The translations under genes were made by a program, and so were the position numbers. A DNA stretch of 64,000 nucleotides from a virus, in IMG/VR virus record IMGVR_UViG_3300030331_005816, positions 9,724 to 73,723 of that record; one strand, 5' to 3'. Shown here one piece after another: positions 8,917 through 18,317 of this stretch; position 1 is the stretch's first letter; each line of letters starts with the position of its first letter. The notes under the pieces were generated by a model. It was not told the origin of the DNA. It saw only the letters and a list, made by a program, of their open reading frames with translations, and ran no database searches.

Positions 8917-9899
8917 TACTGATTAGTTTTGGAACTCGACCTGAGTTTATTAAAATAAAGCCTCTTATCGAGGCATTTAAAGATAGGATACCTTTCAAGT
9001 TACTTTTTACTGGTCAACATGTTGATCTGTTATCCGATGTAGAGGGCGACATTCACAAGCTGACGATCGAAGATGGGTCAAATAGGCTTGATTCAATTGT
9101 CTCCTCAATGATGAACAACGATGCTATTTTTGAAGGTGTGGAAGCAGTGTTGGTTCAGGGTGATACAACATCAGTTTTTGCTGTTGCATTGGCCGCATTT
9201 CATAGAAGAATAAAAATTATACACCTTGAGGCTGGATTAAGAACATTCAACAAAGATCATCCATACCCTGAAGAGTTTAATCGTCGTGCGGTCTCTGTCA
9301 TGGCTGATATCCATCTATCGCCAACAGAACTTTGCACTGAAAACCTTAATAAAGAAAGAGTCGATGGAAAGATTTTTACAGTCGGCAATACTGTACTGGA
9401 TAATTTGGTAGATATACAACCCGAATACACAAACAAAGTTGTCATTACAATGCACCGAAGAGAAAACCATCACATTATACCAGAATGGTTTGCTGCATTT
9501 GATAGACTTGCACTTGAAAATCCACAGTATGAATTTATTATTCCTTTGCACCCTAATCCAAATGTTCAAAAGCACAAAGACTTGTTAAAGCATGTCAAAG
9601 TTGTTGATCCTATGCAATATGCAGAGTTTATTAAGTTACTATCACAAGCTCGTTTAGTTATTACAGATAGTGGTGGACTGCAAGAAGAATCTTCGTTCTT
9701 TAAGAAAAAGTGTATAGTGTGTAGACAGGCTACAGAAAGAGTTGAAGGTATGGGAACATTTGCATTTATGTCATCACCAGATAAAGTAGAGAGCGATTTT
9801 TATTCTATGATTGATGATTATATTCCCGATGATACATGTCCTTATGGAGATGGTCACAGTGCAGAAAGAATTACAAACATTCTTTTAGAGGAATTATGA
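8913..9899 (+). CDS. wecB: UDP-N-acetylglucosamine 2-epimerase (non-hydrolysing)
   Basis: GTRPEFIK, TGQH, VQGDTTS, HLEAGLRT, PEEFNR, HRREN, TDSGGLQEE, PYGDG. Confidence 0.96.
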   Translation: MILISFGTRPEFIKIKPLIEAFKDRIPFKLLFTGQHVDLLSDVEGDIHKLTIEDGSNRLDSIVSSMMNNDAIFEGVEAVLVQGDTTSVFAVALAAFHRRIKIIHLEAGLRTFNKDHPYPEEFNRRAVSVMADIHLSPTELCTENLNKERVDGKIFTVGNTVLDNLVDIQPEYTNKVVITMHRRENHHIIPEWFAAFDRLALENPQYEFIIPLHPNPNVQKHKDLLKHVKVVDPMQYAEFIKLLSQARLVITDSGGLQEESSFFKKKCIVCRQATERVEGMGTFAFMSSPDKVESDFYSMIDDYIPDDTCPYGDGHSAERITNILLEEL

Positions 9900-10699
9900 A
9901 AGACTTTACCAATGCCTTTAATACTCTGCTGCACAAGCTAGAAAATAAAGAAAATTTTGCTTTTACTAGGTTTTCTGATGGTGAGCTTTTTATCTTGCAA
10001 AATAAAACAGTCATACTAGCCGAGGACCATTATGTAACCGGTGATGTTAAGGGGCCTAATGTTTACACTAAAGAAGAACAAAAAGAATTCTTACCTGAAC
10101 AACATGGCTTTTTTCGTGACAAGCTGATGGAATGCTATCTTCACAATCAAGATAATTTTTACAAAGGCATATGCACAGGAACCGATCCTCATGTTGGAAA
10201 TGAAAATTTTAAATGGATGATAGAGCAACACGGTGGCGATCACGAGAATTTAACATTTTCTAATCTTTTAATAAATGCAAATTATAAAAGATTCATTGAA
10301 GAAATGGTACCCATGTTGGTTGACAGAAATGTAATTTATGTTGCAAATGAGAATGCAAATATATCAAAACTACCGTTTGATGTAGAAAAGCATTTCATTG
10401 TTGGTTCAAATTGTATGATAAATGATTATAATTTAGCTGAAGAAATAAAAAAATATATTGACGATAACAACCTGAAAGATTATATTGTTCTATGTTCTGC
10501 TGCTAGTTTAAGCAATGTCGTGACTTACGAGTGTTTTAAGGATAATCCAAATAATACATTTCTTGATATTGGAAGCTGTTTAAATCCATTGCTAGATCTA
10601 GAAGGGTGGAAATATACCAGAGGTTATCTAACCAGCTATTGGCTTAATTCTGATAGCCCATTTGGCACACAGATAGATGTATGGCAGAGTACAGATTAG
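9896..10699 (+). CDS. GT-D fold (DUF1792-like) glycosyltransferase
   Basis: FTRFSDGE and C-terminal FLDIGS motifs; start at ATGA overlap 9896. Confidence 0.7.
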   Translation: MKDFTNAFNTLLHKLENKENFAFTRFSDGELFILQNKTVILAEDHYVTGDVKGPNVYTKEEQKEFLPEQHGFFRDKLMECYLHNQDNFYKGICTGTDPHVGNENFKWMIEQHGGDHENLTFSNLLINANYKRFIEEMVPMLVDRNVIYVANENANISKLPFDVEKHFIVGSNCMINDYNLAEEIKKYIDDNNLKDYIVLCSAASLSNVVTYECFKDNPNNTFLDIGSCLNPLLDLEGWKYTRGYLTSYWLNSDSPFGTQIDVWQSTD

Positions 10700-11082
10700 T
10701 AAATAACAACCCTTCTTACTGGGAATTTATTCGTGAGCTAAGGACCATGGAAGGTGTTCGAGAAGGATTTATTTCACAAACTGAAATTACTCCCATTGAG
10801 CAAGCTACTTATATGCTAAAATATAATTCTAACTATTGGATATGTTTGGATGACAAAACACCTGCAGGTTATGTTGGAGTAATAGACGATGATATTAGGG
10901 TAGCAACTCACCCAGACTATCAAGGCAAAGGTGTTGGAACATTTATGATTAATGAAATTATGAAACTAATACCAACAGCGATAGCAAGAGTTAAATTAGA
11001 TAATGAAGCTAGTGTAAAACTATTTGAAAGATGTGGCTTTAAAAAGAAATACTATATTTTGGAAAGAGATAATGAGACATAA
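10681..11082 (+). CDS. GNAT N-acetyltransferase
   Basis: HPDYQGKGVGT acetyl-CoA motif; NEASVKLFERCGF. Confidence 0.88.
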   Translation: MAEYRLVNNNPSYWEFIRELRTMEGVREGFISQTEITPIEQATYMLKYNSNYWICLDDKTPAGYVGVIDDDIRVATHPDYQGKGVGTFMINEIMKLIPTAIARVKLDNEASVKLFERCGFKKKYYILERDNET

Positions 11083-11686
11083 CCCATATAAAATTGTAAA
11101 AATGTTTGAAGAGACCGTAGCTGACTATTGTGGCTCTAAGTATGCAGTATCGACTGACAATTGCACTGATGCTCTTCTTTTATGTTGTGAGTACTTGAGG
11201 GTGAAGGAAGTTGTAATCCCGGCTAAAACATACCTGTCGGTCCCGCAATCTATCATGCATGCGGGCGGAACTGTAAAGTTTAAAGACTACAGGTGGAAAG
11301 GTATATATCAACTTGAGCCATATCCAATTTATGATGCAGCTAAAAGATTTACAAGTGATATGTATATTCCTGACTCTTTTATGTGTTTATCGTTCCATAT
11401 CAAAAAGCATTTGAAGATTGGAAAGGGCGGTATGATTCTTACCGACGATGCTGATGCTGCAGCATGGTTTAGAAAAGGTCGTTATGAAGGCCGCGGTGAA
11501 GTTATGTATCATGAAGATAACATACAGATTAACGGATGGAATGCATACATGACTCCTGAGCAAGCAGCCCGCGGCTTGATGTTAATGCAAAACTACCCAG
11601 ATCATATGGAAGATTTGCCTGAAGAACCGTTCTACAGAGATTTGAGAGAATTTGACTTGTTTAAGGATGTAGAGGTTGTAGAATGA
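11072..11686 (+). CDS. short DegT/DnrJ/EryC1/StrS PLP-dependent sugar aminotransferase
   Basis: FEE..ADYCGSKYAVSTDNCTDAL, YDAA, LSFHIKKHLKIGKGGMI (PLP lysine), GWNAYM; only about 204 aa. Confidence 0.85.
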   Translation: MRHNPYKIVKMFEETVADYCGSKYAVSTDNCTDALLLCCEYLRVKEVVIPAKTYLSVPQSIMHAGGTVKFKDYRWKGIYQLEPYPIYDAAKRFTSDMYIPDSFMCLSFHIKKHLKIGKGGMILTDDADAAAWFRKGRYEGRGEVMYHEDNIQINGWNAYMTPEQAARGLMLMQNYPDHMEDLPEEPFYRDLREFDLFKDVEVVE

Positions 11687-12513
11687 AGATTGCACTGTGC
11701 TTACATGGCTACTTTGCTAATGCAGAGGGGTATGAAGAATCTGTTGAGGCTCACAAATACTTAAAAAGAAAAGTACTTGATGGCAATGATGTAGATGTTT
11801 TTATACACAGTTGGGATCTTGAAAACGAAAAAAAAGTGTTATCGTTATATAATCCAAAAAAGTATAATTTTGAAAAGCAATTAGATTTTAAACAAGAATT
11901 AAAAAAAATTGATATTAACAATGATGAATATAAAAGCTCATATGGTAATACTGTATTTAGAACATTGAGTTTTTTATATTCAAGAATGATGGCCGTGAAA
12001 ATCAAAAGTGATTATGAAGAAGAAAAAAAATTCAAATATGATTGTGTAATATTAGCAAGATTTGATATATCAAGAAGAGGATTAAAACATATACAAACAC
12101 ATTATGTTTCACGAATGAATTTTGATCCGAAATTAGATATGGATTTTGTTTATTCTGCATATTGGGATCAATTAAATCATGGATATGCAGACCACTGGTT
12201 CTATTCATGTTCTGAAAACATTGACACTGTTGCAAATTTATATTATGATGTCTTTGAGTATTATCAATCAAATAGTGATTATGTAAAATCGGTCACTGAA
12301 GGGTGGCCTGAAAGCAATGCTGAACATGAATTTTCCAATGAGTACATGAAACCTAAAAAATATAAAGCCAAAAAATTAATATTTTGGGAGAAGTCAAGTT
12401 GTATTGACAATCATAAATTATACAAATGGCATTTTATGAAAACTGGTTTACATCAAAAGTCTAAATTTGTTGATATTACAACTGATACTGATAAGCCAAG
12501 GATTATGAATTAA
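11683..12513 (+). CDS. putative glycosyltransferase (KIALCLxG family)
   Basis: MKIALCLHG, DVFIHSW, YDCVILARFD, DHW; glycan-island context. Confidence 0.55.
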   Translation: MKIALCLHGYFANAEGYEESVEAHKYLKRKVLDGNDVDVFIHSWDLENEKKVLSLYNPKKYNFEKQLDFKQELKKIDINNDEYKSSYGNTVFRTLSFLYSRMMAVKIKSDYEEEKKFKYDCVILARFDISRRGLKHIQTHYVSRMNFDPKLDMDFVYSAYWDQLNHGYADHWFYSCSENIDTVANLYYDVFEYYQSNSDYVKSVTEGWPESNAEHEFSNEYMKPKKYKAKKLIFWEKSSCIDNHKLYKWHFMKTGLHQKSKFVDITTDTDKPRIMN

Positions 12514-12516
12514 TCT

Positions 12517-13242
12517 ATGAATAAAGAAACCGCCATTATTATGTACAGTCACAGCAGTTACTCTGATGTATGGGGTATGTTTATGGGACAAATTGATAAG
12601 TATTTTTCTAATGATGTAAAAAAATATGTATTTGTTGATGATGATAAGGGTCTTATTGACAATAATTGGAACATAGTTTTATATGATGATTCTATGTCGT
12701 ATGATGTTAGATTTAGTACATGTTTAGAAAGTGTAAAAGAGCAGTATTGTATCCTTCACCATGAAGATATGCCCTTAATAACTAAACCAGATATTGAAGA
12801 ATTGCAACGATGTCACGGAATATTAAAAAATGAACCAGAGTTAGATTATATAAAGCTGATTAAGGGTGGAGAAGTTAGAGATATACCATATAAAGAATAC
12901 AAAAACTTATATGACATACCACACAATTCTAAATGCATATTTGCCGTGCAGCCGACCATATGGAAAACTAATAAATTAAAAATTGTTTACAATAACACAA
13001 AAACAAATCATATTAGAGAATTTGAACCCAAAAGCCAAACTACTTGTGTTGAAAATTCGATACATGGAGCTTATTATTTCAATTCTGAAGTTGATTTGAA
13101 AAGAGGCAGTGATCATTATAATTCATCAATTTATCCATATGTTGCCACGGCCATAGTAAAGGGAAGATGGAATTTAGCTGAGTATTATGTTGAGATATCA
13201 AACTTGGCTAGAGAATATAAAGTTAATCTTGGAGATAGATAA
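12517..13242 (+). CDS. putative GT-A glycosyltransferase
   Basis: SYSDVW, ILHHED, QPTIWK, AIVKGRW; context. Confidence 0.55.
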   Translation: MNKETAIIMYSHSSYSDVWGMFMGQIDKYFSNDVKKYVFVDDDKGLIDNNWNIVLYDDSMSYDVRFSTCLESVKEQYCILHHEDMPLITKPDIEELQRCHGILKNEPELDYIKLIKGGEVRDIPYKEYKNLYDIPHNSKCIFAVQPTIWKTNKLKIVYNNTKTNHIREFEPKSQTTCVENSIHGAYYFNSEVDLKRGSDHYNSSIYPYVATAIVKGRWNLAEYYVEISNLAREYKVNLGDR

Positions 13243-13766
13243 TGATTAAATTAGTGATATTAGATGTTGATGGTGTAATGACAGATGGTCGCAAATACTA
13301 TGATCACACTGGCATGCCCGTTGCAAAGACTTATTGTGACAAAGATTTCACTGCTATTAAAAGACTTCGCGGAGCAGGAGTGAAAGTTTGTATTCTGTCA
13401 GGAGATGATTTTGTCAACAAAGCTATGGCTCATAATAGAAATATAGATTTTTATTCTGCTAGAGGTAAAGATAAGGCTTCTTTTATTCCTCACTTTATTG
13501 ACAATTATGATGTTGATGCGGAAGATATGGCATACATCGGCGATGACTTATTTGATAAAAGTGTGATGGAAGCTGTTGGTCATGCATTTTGCCCGGCAGA
13601 TGCCTGTGCAGATATCGTTGAGTTATGCGGACCCTCAAACACATTGCCACAAAATGGTGGCTGCAATGTAGTTGCTGGCATGGTTAATACCATGCTGAAG
13701 AGAGGCTTGATACCAGATGCCACAATGAAACAAATTGAAGAGTTAGATAAAAACGAGAGGTTTTAG
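13242..13766 (+). CDS. kdsC: KdsC/YrbI-family HAD phosphatase
   Basis: LDVDGVMTDG, ILSG, YIGDDLFD, CPADA, GGCNVV. Confidence 0.88.
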   Translation: MIKLVILDVDGVMTDGRKYYDHTGMPVAKTYCDKDFTAIKRLRGAGVKVCILSGDDFVNKAMAHNRNIDFYSARGKDKASFIPHFIDNYDVDAEDMAYIGDDLFDKSVMEAVGHAFCPADACADIVELCGPSNTLPQNGGCNVVAGMVNTMLKRGLIPDATMKQIEELDKNERF

Positions 13767-14647
13767 TGAGCTTTGATTTAACAGTCTACGGTAATCTAAT
13801 ATTAGATAATACATTCTGTGTAGAACAATATGCTCATGAAGAATCAAATATTTGTACAGCACGGCACATGTCTCCGGGTGCTTCTGCAAATGTGGTGAGT
13901 GCAATTAGCAGGCTTGATTCTGCTTTGAGTGTTAATATCAGTTCAATAATTGGCGATGACACTGCCGGACGGTATATAGAGAAATGGTTTTTAAATTTTA
14001 AAAAACTTAACTCAATTAACTTAAATTTAAATTTAGAAAAAAGCTATCAAAACACATCTGAGGCAGTGATTATTTCAGACCTGACTAATAAGTCCAGAAG
14101 CAGCATTGTAAATTGGGGTGCCTGTCAAACACTAAGAAACTTAAAAAACTTTAACTCTAAGTGGTCTCATATACTTTATCTTGACAAGCTACCTAATTTA
14201 GATTTAAACAGTTTAAAAAAATTATCAGAAGAAAGTATAATATCTGTAGACTTGTGTTCCTCTAATCAAGATTTAGAAACAAGAGAGACGATGATTTCCA
14301 TGTTGCCATATATTGATTATGTATTTGCTTCGTTTGAAGAGGGTTGTTGTTTAGCACAAGAAAATAATCCTTATGATGCATCTCGCTTTATTGCTAAAAA
14401 AACAAGAGGCTGGTGTATTCTACACTCTCCAGATGGTAGTTACATATCAGAAGGCAGCCATCAAACAACAAAAAAATACAATGTCGCTGACAAAGTAACA
14501 GGGCCGGTCAATGTTTTAGGTGCTGGCGACAACCTTGCTACTGCTTTTATTGTTGACCAGATTAAAAGACAAAGCGAAGTAAGCGAGTCAATTAAGTTTG
14601 CACAAACACAAGCAACCGAATATATTAAAAATAACCAAAAGGAATAA
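13766..14647 (+). CDS. PfkB/ribokinase-family carbohydrate kinase
   Basis: GNLILD, PGASANV, IGDDTAG, VNVLGAGDNLATAF; GTG start overlapping upstream TAG. Confidence 0.85.
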   Translation: MSFDLTVYGNLILDNTFCVEQYAHEESNICTARHMSPGASANVVSAISRLDSALSVNISSIIGDDTAGRYIEKWFLNFKKLNSINLNLNLEKSYQNTSEAVIISDLTNKSRSSIVNWGACQTLRNLKNFNSKWSHILYLDKLPNLDLNSLKKLSEESIISVDLCSSNQDLETRETMISMLPYIDYVFASFEEGCCLAQENNPYDASRFIAKKTRGWCILHSPDGSYISEGSHQTTKKYNVADKVTGPVNVLGAGDNLATAFIVDQIKRQSEVSESIKFAQTQATEYIKNNQKE

Positions 14648-14648
14648 A

Positions 14649-15809
14649 ATGTCAAAAAAATATAATTTACTCTTGCCAATTGCTGGAAGAGCCCAAAGAT
14701 TTTTAGATGCTGGCTATACAATGCCTAAGCCACTTATTATGTCTAAAGATAAACACATCATTGATTGGTCTATGAGTTCAATTAATACAGAAGAATGCAA
14801 TATGATTTTTGCTGTGAGATTGGAACATATCAACAACTTTTCAATTGATGATATCTTAAGAGAAAAGTTTGGGGATGACATTACTATAGTTGTTATTGAC
14901 AGGGTGACAGATGGCTCTGTTTCTACTTGCTTGTTAGCTAAAGAACATATTAATAATGACATGCCACTTATAATCTACACTCCAGATGTATATTTTGAAG
15001 ATCAATTTAATCCCGCAGACATCCCTGAAGAATTGGATGGTTATCTGGTAACATTCAAGGCTAACAGTCCTGCTCATAGTTACATTGAATTAAATGAAAA
15101 TAACATGGCTGTTCGTACCGCTGAAAAAGATGTTATCAGCACAAATGCCGCCGTTGGTGTTTACTGCTATAAGAGTGGCCGCATGTTTGTTGATTATGCT
15201 GAAGAGATGATTGAAAAGAATATTAGAACTAAAGGTGAATTTTATATCTGTCCAATGTATAACTTAATGATTAGAGATGGTGCACAGGTTGGCATTCACG
15301 AAGCTAAAAAGATGCATGTCTTAGGAACTCCCGCAGAGCTTGAGTTTTTCGTGGATCATGTAACAACTAGATTTGGTAATAAGCCGGTTGCCCTTTGTTG
15401 CGATCATTCTGGTTTTAGAATGAAAGAGATAGCAAAAGAAAGACTTACTAAGAATGGAGTTGAGTACATTGACTTTGGGACATATGTTGATAAAGATTGC
15501 GATTACAACGAATATGTTACTCAGGCTGTCCGAGCAGTGCATGAAAAAACTTGCGATTTTGTTATGGGATTTTGTAGAACAGGACAAGGTGTAAATATCC
15601 TTGCTAATCATTTAGATGGTATTCGTTCTGCATTGGTCATCGACGAATATACTGCTGAATATGCAATTAGGCATAACTGTGTCAACTTTTTTGCTGTTCC
15701 TGAAAAATATGTATCTGAAGATTGTTTAGATAAGATGATTAAGATATGGAAGGAAACCACTTTTGATGGGGGCCGTCACATGACAAGAATGAAGAAGACA
15801 ATGGGCTAA
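14649..15809 (+). CDS. sugar-phosphate nucleotidyltransferase (BcbE-like) fused to RpiB ribose-5-phosphate isomerase
   Basis: LPIAGRAQRF..GYTMPKPLI, GEFYICPMYN, LGTPAEL; then CDHSG, FCRTGQGV, AIRHNCVN, FDGGRH (RpiB/LacAB). Confidence 0.88.
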   Translation: MSKKYNLLLPIAGRAQRFLDAGYTMPKPLIMSKDKHIIDWSMSSINTEECNMIFAVRLEHINNFSIDDILREKFGDDITIVVIDRVTDGSVSTCLLAKEHINNDMPLIIYTPDVYFEDQFNPADIPEELDGYLVTFKANSPAHSYIELNENNMAVRTAEKDVISTNAAVGVYCYKSGRMFVDYAEEMIEKNIRTKGEFYICPMYNLMIRDGAQVGIHEAKKMHVLGTPAELEFFVDHVTTRFGNKPVALCCDHSGFRMKEIAKERLTKNGVEYIDFGTYVDKDCDYNEYVTQAVRAVHEKTCDFVMGFCRTGQGVNILANHLDGIRSALVIDEYTAEYAIRHNCVNFFAVPEKYVSEDCLDKMIKIWKETTFDGGRHMTRMKKTMG

Positions 15810-15810
15810 A

Positions 15811-16458
15811 ATGAAAGATATACAATTACATAAGCGATTATTAAAACTGTTATATGAGCACAACGAGGAACATGTTGGTAGTTGTTTTTCTTGCATTGAT
15901 ATCATAGATTCTATTTTTGCAACCAAAAGCGAAGATGACATTTTCATTTTATCAAATGGTCATGCAGCATATGCTCTATATTCTGTTCTAGAAAAATACT
16001 ACCCTCACATCGATGCTGATGCCCTTGTAGAAAAGCATGGCGGTCACCCTAACCGAGATGAGGAAAACCACATCTACTGTTCAACTGGTAGCCTTGGTAT
16101 GGGGATTATGATGGGTGTTGGTAGAGCCTTGGCTAAACCTCATAGAACAGTGCATGTTATGATTAGCGATGGCGAGTCCACTGAAGGTTCAGTTTGGGAA
16201 GCTCTTAGATACATTGAGGAAAAGAATGTAGACAACATTGAAGTTTATGTTAATGCTAACGGATATGCTTGTTATGACGAAATGGATGTTGATTATTTAG
16301 AAAGAAGATGTAAGGCATTTTTACCAAGAATACATTTTCATCGCACTGAACAAGAAACATTTCCTTTCTCATTTTTATGGGGCCTTGATGCACACTATAT
16401 TAAGATTAATGATGAGCAATATCAAGAAGCCTTGGAGGTCTTAGAAAATGAGTGTTAG
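15811..16458 (+). CDS. transketolase N-terminal (TPP-binding) subunit
   Basis: HVGSCFS, FILSNGHA, GHP, STGSLGMG, SDGESTEGSVWEA...NANG. Confidence 0.9.
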   Translation: MKDIQLHKRLLKLLYEHNEEHVGSCFSCIDIIDSIFATKSEDDIFILSNGHAAYALYSVLEKYYPHIDADALVEKHGGHPNRDEENHIYCSTGSLGMGIMMGVGRALAKPHRTVHVMISDGESTEGSVWEALRYIEEKNVDNIEVYVNANGYACYDEMDVDYLERRCKAFLPRIHFHRTEQETFPFSFLWGLDAHYIKINDEQYQEALEVLENEC

Positions 16459-16927
16459 AAAAGTATTCGTTGAATTACTTCACAAAGAAATGAGAAAAAA
16501 CGAGGATATTGTTTTTGTAATTGGTGATCTAGGCTATGGTCATTTTGATGCAATTCGAGAAGAATTTCCTGATCGTGTATTTAATCCCGGTGCTGCTGAA
16601 CAACTAATGCTTGGTATGGCTTGTGGCTTAGCCATGGATGGTAAGATACCAGTATGCTATTCTATGACTCCCTTTGTGTTATACAGACCGTTTGAAATTA
16701 TTAGAACTTATATCGATTACGAAAAGATTCCTGTTATCTTAGCTGGGGCTGGTAGAGATAAAGATTATGCTTCTGCTGGCTGGTCACACTGGGCAACAGA
16801 CGATAAGAAGCACCTTAGTGGATTTTATAATATTGCGAAGCTATGGCCTGATGAAGACACTCTTAGGCTAGAATTTGACAAAATTATAAATACTAAGACA
16901 CCATACTATGTAAACCTGTCGAGATAA
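16448..16927 (+). CDS. transketolase pyrimidine-binding subunit
   Basis: GDLG, FPDRVFNPGAAEQLMLGMACGLA, RPFEIIR, GWSHWATDD. Confidence 0.88.
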   Translation: MSVRKVFVELLHKEMRKNEDIVFVIGDLGYGHFDAIREEFPDRVFNPGAAEQLMLGMACGLAMDGKIPVCYSMTPFVLYRPFEIIRTYIDYEKIPVILAGAGRDKDYASAGWSHWATDDKKHLSGFYNIAKLWPDEDTLRLEFDKIINTKTPYYVNLSR

Positions 16928-16929
16928 TT

Positions 16930-17697
16930 ATGAGAGAGAATTTTACTGTTTTAGTTCAAGGACCGTTAGAGCAAAATACAATTAAAGCAATTGAATGCTA
17001 TTCTATGGACTATAAAGTTGTTGTGTCAACATGGCAAGAAGAAACAGAACTACATGATCATGTTCAACATCTTTGCAAGTTAAACAATAATATTAAATTT
17101 GTAAATGAAAAAGCCCCTACAGTTATAGGTCCACCGGGCTTAGCTTGTGTGTTAAGAAATACAACTTTTCATTATGCAATTACTGGTTTGCAAAACGGTT
17201 TAAAATTTGTAGATACAGAATATGTTATTAGAGTTAGAACTGACGAGTTTTTTGATTCTCTTGACTATCTTGCAAACCTTTCTTTACAAAACAGTGAAAA
17301 ATTAGTGTTTGGTAACATATTTGCTCGTAAATGGTCTGATGTTAAATATCATATAGGGGATCACATTTATGCTAGTAAAACTCATATTCTCAAAAGTGCG
17401 ATTGACAAACTTTACAAAATACAAATTAAAGAAACACCTTTTGAAAACTGGGCTGAACAAGGCCCATATGCCGCTGAAACAGTCTTAGCCCATGCATTCT
17501 TAGCAGCAAAAAATTCTAATCAAGCTTTTTGGCATGATCTCAATACTTTTAAAAACAACTTTTTAGTTTTTGATATTAATAACTTTAGTGATTATAGAGT
17601 TCGTCATGGCCATGCTAATATAACATGGATTAAAAATGATAGCCCATTTAACAATCAAAGATTCTTTGTAAAAGAAATGTCGGATATGGTTACATAA
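16930..17697 (+). CDS. WavE-like lipopolysaccharide synthesis protein
   Basis: TVLVQGP, VVVSTW, GLKFVDTEYVIRVRTDE, YHIGDH. Confidence 0.7.
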   Translation: MRENFTVLVQGPLEQNTIKAIECYSMDYKVVVSTWQEETELHDHVQHLCKLNNNIKFVNEKAPTVIGPPGLACVLRNTTFHYAITGLQNGLKFVDTEYVIRVRTDEFFDSLDYLANLSLQNSEKLVFGNIFARKWSDVKYHIGDHIYASKTHILKSAIDKLYKIQIKETPFENWAEQGPYAAETVLAHAFLAAKNSNQAFWHDLNTFKNNFLVFDINNFSDYRVRHGHANITWIKNDSPFNNQRFFVKEMSDMVT

Positions 17698-17698
17698 C

Positions 17699-18316
17699 AT
17701 GTATGTTAATGAAGATTTAAAAATAGCATTTATACATATTGCCAAAACTGCTGGTTCTGCCATACACATTGCATTGAAAGATGCATCTAATTGGCAAATG
17801 GGAGATATCAGACGAGCGGATCCTCCACCGCCCATACATCATATGACAGTAAATGAATTTATATCAATAAAAGAAGAATACAAATCGTATTATAAATTTG
17901 CGGCTGTCCGAGAACCACTGGACAGACTTAGATCGGGCTATGTAGATTTTTTAAGAAGCGGTGATCGAATTGATTATAAGATTTCATCTCCTCCAGTTTC
18001 TGAATATGAAAATTTCGAGAATTTTTGTGTTAACTTTCCAAACTCTGAGTGGGCCCGTGACCCTCACTTTAGACCTCAACACGAAATGATATGCGACAGT
18101 AAAGATAATATTTTAGTAGATGTGTGTCGATATGAAAGTCTAAATAATGATTTATTAAGAGTTGGTGAAATGTTGGGGTTTTCAACAAATCCATTTACAA
18201 ATTTAGGTATGCATCGCCAAGGCCAAAAAGCATGGCTAGATTTATCTCTATCTGCTGAAACTGAAACAACTATACGAAACTTTTTTAAAAAAGATTATGA
18301 GATTTTAGGTTATTAA
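17699..18316 (+). CDS. sulfotransferase (Sulfotransfer_2 family)
   Basis: FIHIAKTAGSAI (5'-PSB), VREPLDRLRSGY (3'-PB), HFRPQ, RYESL, DYEILGY. Confidence 0.85.
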   Translation: MYVNEDLKIAFIHIAKTAGSAIHIALKDASNWQMGDIRRADPPPPIHHMTVNEFISIKEEYKSYYKFAAVREPLDRLRSGYVDFLRSGDRIDYKISSPPVSEYENFENFCVNFPNSEWARDPHFRPQHEMICDSKDNILVDVCRYESLNNDLLRVGEMLGFSTNPFTNLGMHRQGQKAWLDLSLSAETETTIRNFFKKDYEILGY

Positions 18317-18317
18317 T

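Noticed and set aside
14649-16927. RpiB and transketolase as pentose-phosphate auxiliary metabolic genes
   Set aside because: Short split subunits, fusion to a nucleotidyltransferase and position inside the glycan operon favour sugar-donor biosynthesis.
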